52,210 bases of DNA. Origin: Gammaproteobacteria bacterium. GTDB taxonomy: Bacteria; Pseudomonadota; Gammaproteobacteria; Eutrophobiales; Eutrophobiaceae. The notes under the pieces are model-generated. The model searched no databases, had not been told where the DNA came from, and saw only the letters and a program-made list of their open reading frames with translations. The DNA lies in contig OY728594.2 in NCBI GenBank assembly GCA_963422205.2, positions 1 to 52,210 on the forward strand, read 5' to 3'. Shown here one piece after another: positions 10,183-18,134 of the stretch (positions within the stretch are counted from its first letter, which is position 1; each line of letters opens with the position of its first letter). The position numbers and the translations under genes are program-made.

Positions 10183-11828
10183 TGAGCAAGTCCGGGCGAA
10201 ATCTGTGGGAAATGGGGGATCGGTTTTTTGCCGAGAAACAGCCATGGGATTCACTAAATGATGAAATTGCGACATGGTTCTGGCCTGCCAGTGCGGATGC
10301 CACAAGTACGATTTCGCCCGGCGAGGAATTCACGGATCATTTGGTAGACAGCAAGCCGTCCCAGATATTTCGGGATTTGGCGAATGCTTTGGGGTCTATG
10401 CTGCGCCCGCCTGATCTGGATTGGTTTAGTCTGACAGTCAATCGGGACGATATAAAGAACAGCACGGCGGCGCGTCAAAAGCTGGAGGCAATGACACGCA
10501 CAACGCGGGCTGCGATGTATGCAGGGGATGCGGGTTATATCAGGGCGACCAAGCAGGGTGATTTTGATTTTGCTCTGACGGGAAACAGCGTCAAAAGCGT
10601 CATGAACAACCGGTACAACAACGGTCTTTATTACCAGACGTGGCGATTAAAGGATTGTGCGTGGTGTGAAGACCAGTGGGGCGTTGTTAATAACCTGCAT
10701 CGCAAGATGAAGCTTTGCGCCATTGACATGAAATCCATGTTTGATGAAGAGAAGCTGCCGGAAGCGGTCAAAGAAAATCTGCGTAACAACAAGCCTTATG
10801 CCAAGCATGAAGTGCGCCATGTAGCTTTGCCGATTGACTTGTACGAGCCGGACCGCAAATTTCCGCCTTCGGCGCGTTTTGCCTCTGTTTATCTGACGAA
10901 TAAAGGTGATGTTCTGAAAGAAACGCCGGAACCGGAATTTCCTTATGTGGTAAGCCGGTGGCAAACGGTGTGCGGATGGCCATACGGATATAGCCCTGCA
11001 ACTATGGTGGCATTACCGGATGCGCGGCTTGTGCAGCGCATTGCCGCTAGCATTATTGAGGCGACGGAAAAAAGCACGGAACCGCCTTTGATTGCCACCA
11101 ATCAAAGTATTCTGGGACCGGTTTCTTTGAGTGCAGGCTCTATTACGTGGGTGGATAGTGAATATGACGAACGGTTGGGACCTGCCGTGCGTCCACTTGA
11201 TCTGGGCAAGAATGCGGGGTTGGGTCAGGGATTGCTCGATCGCAAGGTTGCAGAAATGGCTGGCGTGTTTTTTCTGGACAAGTTTACCTTGCCGGATACG
11301 CGCAATCGTACGGCAACAGAGGTGCGCTTGCTTTATCAGGAGTTTATTCGCAGCACGTTGCCGATCTTTGAACCGATGGAGCGCGAAAGCATTGGCGCAG
11401 AAATTGACTTGAGTGTTTCAAAACTAATGCGGCTGGGAGCCTATGGTGAAGATTTCCCTGAAGAATTGCAGGGCAATGATTTAACGTATGAGTTCAAAAA
11501 TCCTTTACGTGATGCGCGGGATCGTATGGTTGTTGAGCAATATCAGGAATCCATTGGTGTTATTGGTGCCGCAGCGCAGTTTGATCCAAGTGTTGTGAGC
11601 GCAATCAATGCAAAGAAAATGTTCCGTGATGTGATGAATGTAGTGGCACCGTCTGATTGGCTTTATACCGAGAAAGAAGCGCAGGAGCGACAGGATGCGG
11701 CGCAGGAAGAACAAGCAGATCAAAACCTGTTGAGCGAGTTGTCTCAAGGCGCGACAACCGCCCGTGAAGTGGCTCTGGCGGCAAAAGAGTTGTCTGGTGT
11801 GACGGGAGCAGGTGACACGAATGCATGA
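10182..11828 (+). CDS. Portal (head-tail connector) protein
   Basis: 548 aa with motifs PYVVSRW...YGYSPA..ALPD and RTATEV, typical of T7 gp8/BPP-1-like portals. Confidence 0.9.
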   Translation: MSKSGRNLWEMGDRFFAEKQPWDSLNDEIATWFWPASADATSTISPGEEFTDHLVDSKPSQIFRDLANALGSMLRPPDLDWFSLTVNRDDIKNSTAARQKLEAMTRTTRAAMYAGDAGYIRATKQGDFDFALTGNSVKSVMNNRYNNGLYYQTWRLKDCAWCEDQWGVVNNLHRKMKLCAIDMKSMFDEEKLPEAVKENLRNNKPYAKHEVRHVALPIDLYEPDRKFPPSARFASVYLTNKGDVLKETPEPEFPYVVSRWQTVCGWPYGYSPATMVALPDARLVQRIAASIIEATEKSTEPPLIATNQSILGPVSLSAGSITWVDSEYDERLGPAVRPLDLGKNAGLGQGLLDRKVAEMAGVFFLDKFTLPDTRNRTATEVRLLYQEFIRSTLPIFEPMERESIGAEIDLSVSKLMRLGAYGEDFPEELQGNDLTYEFKNPLRDARDRMVVEQYQESIGVIGAAAQFDPSVVSAINAKKMFRDVMNVVAPSDWLYTEKEAQERQDAAQEEQADQNLLSELSQGATTAREVALAAKELSGVTGAGDTNA

Positions 11829-12138
11829 GCCGTGGAAGCCTGTGCGAGTTGCAGATGAAGAAACGAGGTACCGCGTCCCAGGCGTGGTGTCGCAGCGTGA
11901 CATAGCAGCCTTAAAAGCGGTTTGGCGAGGTGAAGCAACCGAGCATCAACAACGGCGTGCACTGGAAGCGATTGTGTGGAGCGTGACAAGAGCAGGTGAT
12001 GTGACGTATTATCCTGACGCGCTGGGTGGTGAAAGAGACAGTTCTTTTGCTCAAGGAATGCGGTTTGCTGGATTGCAGCTTCTCAAGCTGATTGAGATTA
12101 ATATTGAGTTTGATGGAAAGGAAACCAAAGATGGCTGA
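11821..12138 (+). CDS. Bbp19-like small protein
   Basis: ERDSSFAQGMRFAGLQLLKL motif and position between portal and scaffold. Confidence 0.6.
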   Translation: MHEPWKPVRVADEETRYRVPGVVSQRDIAALKAVWRGEATEHQQRRALEAIVWSVTRAGDVTYYPDALGGERDSSFAQGMRFAGLQLLKLIEINIEFDGKETKDG

Positions 12139-13123
12139 TGAGCTTTTGGACAGTGGTGCAGCAGAAGGTGCCGATCAAGGTGGCAATGAAAGCAGTGCGG
12201 ATGACAGCGGTATTTTGGGCAATCTTGACGCTGAGAATAACGAAGACGCAGGCGTTCTTGACACCGCGGCAGGCGATGTAAAACCAAAAGAAGAGACTGG
12301 GTCTGGCGAAGATGATGCAGGTTCTGAATTGGCATGGAAAGACATTCAGAAAGCATTGTCGGGTGGGGATGATGATATTTCCCGCATGGTCGCGCGGTAT
12401 CGTTCTCCTGCTGCTTTTGCGAAAGCGTTTGCGGCCCAACGCCAGAAAATTGCGGAAAGCAGCAAGGTTCCTGAACTGGCTGAGAATGCAACCGAGGAAC
12501 AGGTGGCTGAGTATCGCAAGGCCATGGGTTTGCCTGATAAATTTGACGATTACGCAGTTGGATTTTCGGAAGATTTTAAGGGTGAAGATGGCGACGATGC
12601 GCTGGTTAAAGAATTTGCCCAGAGCATGTATGACAACCACGTGCCTCCAAAATACGCGCAGGCTGCAATTGATTACTATCAAAACTTGATGATGAAAGGT
12701 GAGCAAAACATCAATGAAAACGCTGCTGCGGTAAAACGTGAAACCTATGATGCTTTAAAAGCAGAATGGGGTAAGGAATTTGATGCTAACCGCAATGCCA
12801 TTGATGTGTATTTGACAGAAACCATGGGTCAGGATGGTAGAGCGGTGATGAATGGTTTGCGTTTGTCGGATGGATCAAGCTTGTTGGATAATGCGCATCT
12901 TTTGCGCCTTCTTGCACAGCCTGCACGGGATTATGTGGGCGGTGAAGCGCTTGTGTCAGGATCTATGTCACAGACAGCCGAGGATGTCGCCAAGTCGCTG
13001 AATGACTTGATGGCATTGCGGCTGAGTGATCCGCAGAAATATCAATCAGCGTCTGTACAAAAAGAAGTGGCGGAATTGTTTGAACGCAAGAAGCGGCTGG
13101 AAGGTCGAGGTGCGACGGCGTGA
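12131..13123 (+). CDS. Capsid scaffolding protein
   Basis: Acidic disordered N-terminus, YRKAMGLPD and LKAEWGKEFDAN motifs, located just before the capsid gene. Confidence 0.75.
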   Translation: MADELLDSGAAEGADQGGNESSADDSGILGNLDAENNEDAGVLDTAAGDVKPKEETGSGEDDAGSELAWKDIQKALSGGDDDISRMVARYRSPAAFAKAFAAQRQKIAESSKVPELAENATEEQVAEYRKAMGLPDKFDDYAVGFSEDFKGEDGDDALVKEFAQSMYDNHVPPKYAQAAIDYYQNLMMKGEQNINENAAAVKRETYDALKAEWGKEFDANRNAIDVYLTETMGQDGRAVMNGLRLSDGSSLLDNAHLLRLLAQPARDYVGGEALVSGSMSQTAEDVAKSLNDLMALRLSDPQKYQSASVQKEVAELFERKKRLEGRGATA

Positions 13124-13148
13124 CAAATCAGGAATTAGAATAAGGTTT

Positions 13149-13177
13149 TTGACATTAAATTCCTGATGTTATATATT
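13149..13177 (+). promoter_or_regulatory. Sigma70-like promoter for the capsid operon
   Basis: TTGACA-17 bp-TATATT. The -35 box is flanked by a 10-bp inverted repeat (ATCAGGAATT 13127-13136 / AATTCCTGAT 13158-13167). Confidence 0.65.
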
Positions 13178-13183
13178 TGACTT

Positions 13184-13247
13184 AAGGACACCCCTGCAAA
13201 GGCCCCTTCTGCTACTGACAACGCCCCGTTTGAGCGGACACCCGTTG
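13184..13247 (+). ncRNA. Putative cis-regulatory RNA leader (two stem-loops sharing an ACACC/CC internal loop)
   Basis: AAGG-ACACC-CCT-GCAA-AGG-CC-CCTT (13184-13208) and CAACG-CC-CCG-TTTGAG-CGG-ACACC-CGTTG (13219-13247). Confidence 0.5.
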
Positions 13248-13288
13248 AAAGTTTCAGCTTTCCTTTCAATTAACTCTACAGGTGTGTC

Positions 13289-14116
13289 GTGTCCTATCAA
13301 ATCACGCAGGAACAGTATCGTCAGGAATGGACCGTCGCTTTTCAGCGCGGTATGACCTATCTCAAGGACTCTGTTACCAAGGAAATGCTTCTCAAAGGTA
13401 ACGAGGCCGTTTTCCCAATTCAGGAACAGGCTCCAAAGTTTAGCGCACGTGGCGCAAACGGTCGCCTTCCTGCCCAGCGCACTGGCGCACGTCAGGTTCG
13501 TGTTCCTATTGAGGAAAAGAACCTGTTGCAACGTGAGTTGGACTTTAACCTTCTGACCGCGCAGGCCGATGTGCGTGAACTTATGCAGAACTCAAGTGTT
13601 CTTGAGTCTTATCGTGAAATTGATGATGTGATTATCAATGACGCGCTGGCAACAGCCACCAACACCTATAACAGCGGTAACGCGGTTCAGGTAACGGCAG
13701 GCACGGTGCAGAAAATTCTTGCTACCCTGCACGAACGTAATGTGCGCTCTGCGGATATGATTACGTTCTTGTGGACGCCTATGGCATGGGCCGAGTTCAC
13801 ACAACAAGTTGCGGTAATTAACGTTGAATATGTGGACACCAAACCACTGATGGGCGATTACGATACGCCAATCAAATGGGGCGGTGCCAAACATATGATT
13901 CACACCGGATTGCCTGGCATGGGGACGAACAACGCCAAGTGCTATGCTTTTGCCAAAGCGGCTGTTGGTCATGCTGTGGCTGAGGGTCTTACAGGTGTTT
14001 ACATGGGACAGAATGAAGAAGAAGGGTATTACTACCATCGGAACTTCATTACCCACGGCGCGCGCCTCTTGCAGCAATCGGGTGTTATTGAAATCACCCA
14101 CAATGACAACGCATAA
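13289..14116 (+). CDS. Major capsid protein
   Basis: 275 aa, GTG start. QYRQEW..AFQRG..LKDSV and REIDDVII motifs, ends VIEITH. Position after scaffold with own promoter and downstream terminator. Confidence 0.85.
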   Translation: MSYQITQEQYRQEWTVAFQRGMTYLKDSVTKEMLLKGNEAVFPIQEQAPKFSARGANGRLPAQRTGARQVRVPIEEKNLLQRELDFNLLTAQADVRELMQNSSVLESYREIDDVIINDALATATNTYNSGNAVQVTAGTVQKILATLHERNVRSADMITFLWTPMAWAEFTQQVAVINVEYVDTKPLMGDYDTPIKWGGAKHMIHTGLPGMGTNNAKCYAFAKAAVGHAVAEGLTGVYMGQNEEEGYYYHRNFITHGARLLQQSGVIEITHNDNA

Positions 14117-14128
14117 GGAGCGGGTTTT

Positions 14129-14452
14129 ATGGCTTACAACACACGTGGTTTGAGCGTTGCCAATGGCGGCCTGAGCGGTCAGCACTATCAGCAATGGGTA
14201 CTGGACAGTGACGACGACTGGGGCAATGCGGGTACAGCCGACTCTATTTTGTCTACCGGATATATTACCGACGCGGCGGATCGGGGAATGCAGGTCGGTG
14301 ATCCGGTTTTTGTTCGTCGCTGGGACAGTTATACAGACCCTTACACACGCGGTGATCTGGAATCTGGCAACACTGCTTGCGACTGGGCTTTTGTATCGGC
14401 AATCAGCACAACGGGCACTAACGTGGGTGCTGCTACTCTTGTGCGACTCTAA
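14129..14452 (+). CDS. Putative capsid decoration/cement protein
   Basis: 107 aa directly after the capsid gene, GYITDAADRGMQVGD motif, strong RBS TAAGGAG. Confidence 0.6.
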   Translation: MAYNTRGLSVANGGLSGQHYQQWVLDSDDDWGNAGTADSILSTGYITDAADRGMQVGDPVFVRRWDSYTDPYTRGDLESGNTACDWAFVSAISTTGTNVGAATLVRL

Positions 14453-14499
14453 AACAAGTGCTATATAGAAATAGCGTGATACACTTCTCCATAGAAACT

Positions 14500-14528
14500 G
14501 ACCCGGCGCAAGCCGGGTCTTTTTTTTT
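14500..14528 (+). terminator. Rho-independent terminator
   Basis: GACCCGGC-GCAA-GCCGGGTC followed by T9. Confidence 0.9.
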
Positions 14529-14570
14529 GTCAGGTTTCTTTTATGATGCTTCTATGCAAGGAGATTTATA

Positions 14571-15011
14571 ATGATCAAGCAAAACCGACTGTATGGCGGG
14601 CGTGTGATTGAAAAAGAATTTCAAATTCCTTCTTTTGCAGCCAATGTTCCACAAGGTACGAAACTAAGCGATGTTCTAGACCCGTTTTACTGGCTGAACT
14701 ATCATGAGGCATTGACGCCAGGCTGCGAGGTTTGCGTTCTTTCCGAAGACTATGAACTTGATGTGGTTTTGCGAGTTTTGAAAGTTGATCGGCTTCGGAT
14801 TGATGTGCGTGTTATGACAATTCATCATGAACCGAAATCGAAAAACAAATCCAAAGATAATGCACAAAAACCCCCACGACCGGATGGGCTAAGTATTAAA
14901 TGGGGTGGCTCCAAATACAAGTTTATGGTTGTTAAAGATGGTGAGCGTATTGAGCATGGATTTTCCAACAAGCAAGATGCTGAAAAATACATCGATACAG
15001 CAGTTGCGTGA
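14571..15011 (+). CDS. Hypothetical protein (conserved position after the capsid genes)
   Basis: AAGGAG RBS, 146 aa. Confidence 0.6.
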   Translation: MIKQNRLYGGRVIEKEFQIPSFAANVPQGTKLSDVLDPFYWLNYHEALTPGCEVCVLSEDYELDVVLRVLKVDRLRIDVRVMTIHHEPKSKNKSKDNAQKPPRPDGLSIKWGGSKYKFMVVKDGERIEHGFSNKQDAEKYIDTAVA

Positions 15012-15023
15012 AAGGTATAGCAG

Positions 15024-18000
15024 GTGGCAGACCGTCTTGGGATTTACAACACCGCCCTGATTTATATCGGGGAAAGTCCGCTTTCGGCGCTGACAAACGA
15101 TCAGCCTTTGCGCTATGCACTAGATACGGTCTGGGATCGTGTGACGCGCGATGCGTTGTCACGCGGGTTCTGGGAGTTTGCAATCAGGTCCACAACGCTT
15201 TCATCAACAACTGCAACAACATATGCAGGTTATAGTCGTGCATTTGCGCAACCCTCTGACTGGCTTCAAACGGTTCGACTAACGGCAAGCGGCGACAGCA
15301 TTCCTGGCATTGAAGCCGTTAATCAGAGCGCACAACAGGTAGCCATTGAGGCGAATGGCATGTTTTATTCCAACAGCACCACAATTGCTTTGGAATATCT
15401 GAGTTCCAATGCTTTGACCAATGCCAATGTTGAAAACTGGACGCCACTCTTTACTGGGTATGTTGCCACGCAGCTTGCTCTGGAAATTGCGTTTTCTGCC
15501 ACAAATAAGTTGCAACTGATTGAACCCTTGAAGGATGCGGCAACGATGCGCCTTCAAGATGCCCTTGATCGCGAGGCGCGTCCTGCCTTGGAGGTTCAGG
15601 CTCCTTTGTTGTCGGGCCAAACAGGACCACGGCTAAATATCTATAATCAAGCATTGCAGTTAGTGGGTCAGCCTCGGCTATCTTCGCTTGGTGATGTTAT
15701 GCCTATTCGGTTTGCACTGGATGATGCTTGGGACAATACGGTTTCTGATGCATTGTCCCGCGGGTTCTGGGAGTTTGCGATTAAGTCTGCGGATTTAACG
15801 GCAGATACTACGCTAGCCAGCCACGAAGGGTATTCGAATGCGTTTGCGCGTCCAGCAGACTGGCTTCAAACGGTTCGTCTGGCGGTTGGAAATGTATCCT
15901 CTGATGATGTTGCAAGTGCGCCTGAGTTTACGGCTATTGAGGCGAATGGTCGGTTCTACTCGAACAGTGATACGATTGCTTTGGAATATATCAGCGATGC
16001 GTATATTGAACCTGATACGATTGAGGATTGGACACCTTTATTCCGATCGTATGTTGCGTCTTTGATAGCAATGGAAATATCGCCTCTTGCGCAAGTTGAT
16101 GCGGCTGGTGTTGAGGCTCTTGAGGCGATGGGTCAACGTCGCTTGGAAAAAGCCCTTGATCGCGAAGCGCGTCCTGCCTTGGAGGTTCAGGCTCCTTTGT
16201 TGTCGGGCCAAACAGGACCACGGCTAAATATCTATAATCAAGCATTGCAGTTAGTGGGTCAGCCTCGGCTATCTTCGCTTGGTGATGTTATGCCTATTCG
16301 GTTTGCACTGGATGATGCTTGGGACAATACGGTTTCTGATGCATTGTCCCGCGGGTTCTGGGAGTTTGCGATTAAGTCTGCGGATTTAACGGCAGATACT
16401 ACGCTAGCCAGCCACGAAGGGTATTCGAATGCGTTTGCGCGTCCAGCAGACTGGCTTCAAACGGTTCGTCTGGCGGTTGGAAATGTATCCTCTGATGATG
16501 TTGCAAGTGCGCCTGAGTTTACGGCTATTGAGGCGAATGGTCGGTTCTACTCGAACAGTGATACGATTGCTTTGGAATATATCAGCGATGCGTATATTGA
16601 ACCTGATACGATTGAGGATTGGACACCTTTATTCCGATCGTATGTTGCGTCTTTGATAGCAATGGAAATATCGCCTCTTGCGCAAGTTGATGCGGCTGGT
16701 GTTGAGGCTCTTGAGGCGATGGGTCAACGTCGCTTGGAAAAAGCCCTTGATCGCGAAGCGCGTCCTGCCTTGGAGGTTCAGGCTCCTTTGTTGTCGGGCC
16801 AAACAGGACCACGGCTAAATATCTATAATCAAGCATTGCAGTTAGTGGGTCAGCCTCGGCTATCTTCGCTTGGTGATGTTATGCCTATTCGGTTTGCACT
16901 GGATGATGCTTGGGACAATACGGTTTCTGATGCATTGTCCCGCGGGTTCTGGGAGTTTGCGATTAAGTCTGCGGATTTAACGGCAGATACTACGCTAGCC
17001 AGCCACGAAGGGTATTCGAATGCGTTTGCGCGTCCAGCAGACTGGCTTCAAACGGTTCGTCTGGCGGTTGGAAATGTATCCTCTGATGATGTTGCAAGTG
17101 CGCCTGAGTTTACGGCTATTGAGGCGAATGGTCGGTTCTACTCGAACAGTGATACGATTGCTTTGGAATATATCAGCGATGCGTATATTGAACCTGATAC
17201 GATTGAGGATTGGACACCTTTATTCCGATCGTATGTTGCGTCTTTGATAGCAATGGAAATATCGCCTCTTGCGCAAGTTGATGCGGCTGGTGTTGAGGCT
17301 CTTGAGGCGATGGGTCAACGTCGCTTGGAAAAAGCCCTTGATCGCGAAGCGCGTCCTGCCTTGGAGGTTCAGGCTCCTTTGTTGTCGGGCCAAACAGGAC
17401 CACGGCTAAATATCTATAATCAAGCATTGCAGTTAGTGGGTCAGCCTCGGCTATCTTCGCTTGGTGATGTTATGCCTATTCGGTTTGCACTGGATGATGC
17501 TTGGGACAATACGGTTTCTGATGCATTGTCCCGCGGGTTCTGGGAGTTTGCGACAAAAGAACTACAACTTGATGTTGATGATGTCTCTTGTGGTGTAAAA
17601 GGCGCTTCAACAGATGCAGACGGGTTTACGACTTATCCAAAGCCTGATGACTGGATGCATACCACCTATTTGTCCTATTCTTCGCGAGCAGAGGTCTATT
17701 CCCAAGGCGGATTTACCAGCGGATGGGGTGATCAACTTTCAACAATTGAAGACTTGGGAACCGCATGGCGCAGTGATCGCAGCCCTATCTTTGTAGGCTA
17801 TGTGTCTAAAGATTATCTGGCAGAGACCCACATTCCCTCTTGGTCGTCGCTTTTTACGGAATTTGTGATTTCATCGTTGGCGCGGCGTGTAGCTTATTAC
17901 ATTCAGGCTCCTGCCACGACGATAGATATGCTGGATCGAATGGATAAGGACCGCATTCTTCGGGCACGGTCGCAAAACGCCCTTAATCAACGCCAAACCC

Positions 18001-18134
18001 CTGTATCACGCGGCACTTGGTTGCGATCCCGACAAGGAATGTGGGGGCCGTATATCAACAACGGAGAAGGGCGCGGCGAACTTGACCTGACCTTTAGCGG
18101 TTTAAGCGGTGATCCATTGCCATGGCTGAGGTAA
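15024..18134 (+). CDS. Tail adaptor (tail tubular protein A-like) made of five tandem ~197-aa domains
   Basis: Each domain has the pattern IYN.AL..(I/V)G...L...WEFA...P.DW...LF...(I/V)...(L/I)A seen in gp11-like adaptors. Located upstream of the nozzle gene. Confidence 0.8.
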   Translation: MADRLGIYNTALIYIGESPLSALTNDQPLRYALDTVWDRVTRDALSRGFWEFAIRSTTLSSTTATTYAGYSRAFAQPSDWLQTVRLTASGDSIPGIEAVNQSAQQVAIEANGMFYSNSTTIALEYLSSNALTNANVENWTPLFTGYVATQLALEIAFSATNKLQLIEPLKDAATMRLQDALDREARPALEVQAPLLSGQTGPRLNIYNQALQLVGQPRLSSLGDVMPIRFALDDAWDNTVSDALSRGFWEFAIKSADLTADTTLASHEGYSNAFARPADWLQTVRLAVGNVSSDDVASAPEFTAIEANGRFYSNSDTIALEYISDAYIEPDTIEDWTPLFRSYVASLIAMEISPLAQVDAAGVEALEAMGQRRLEKALDREARPALEVQAPLLSGQTGPRLNIYNQALQLVGQPRLSSLGDVMPIRFALDDAWDNTVSDALSRGFWEFAIKSADLTADTTLASHEGYSNAFARPADWLQTVRLAVGNVSSDDVASAPEFTAIEANGRFYSNSDTIALEYISDAYIEPDTIEDWTPLFRSYVASLIAMEISPLAQVDAAGVEALEAMGQRRLEKALDREARPALEVQAPLLSGQTGPRLNIYNQALQLVGQPRLSSLGDVMPIRFALDDAWDNTVSDALSRGFWEFAIKSADLTADTTLASHEGYSNAFARPADWLQTVRLAVGNVSSDDVASAPEFTAIEANGRFYSNSDTIALEYISDAYIEPDTIEDWTPLFRSYVASLIAMEISPLAQVDAAGVEALEAMGQRRLEKALDREARPALEVQAPLLSGQTGPRLNIYNQALQLVGQPRLSSLGDVMPIRFALDDAWDNTVSDALSRGFWEFATKELQLDVDDVSCGVKGASTDADGFTTYPKPDDWMHTTYLSYSSRAEVYSQGGFTSGWGDQLSTIEDLGTAWRSDRSPIFVGYVSKDYLAETHIPSWSSLFTEFVISSLARRVAYYIQAPATTIDMLDRMDKDRILRARSQNALNQRQTPVSRGTWLRSRQGMWGPYINNGEGRGELDLTFSGLSGDPLPWLR
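15576..17553 (+). repeat. Perfect 591-bp tandem repeat, about 3.3 copies, in frame
   Basis: Identical shadow ORFs recur at 15838/16429/17020. The sequence matches at offset 591 by eye from 15576 to 17553. Confidence 0.95.

Noticed and set aside
15838-17427. Triplicated small ORFs in other frames of the adaptor gene
   Set aside because: Simple by-products of the 591-bp repeat.
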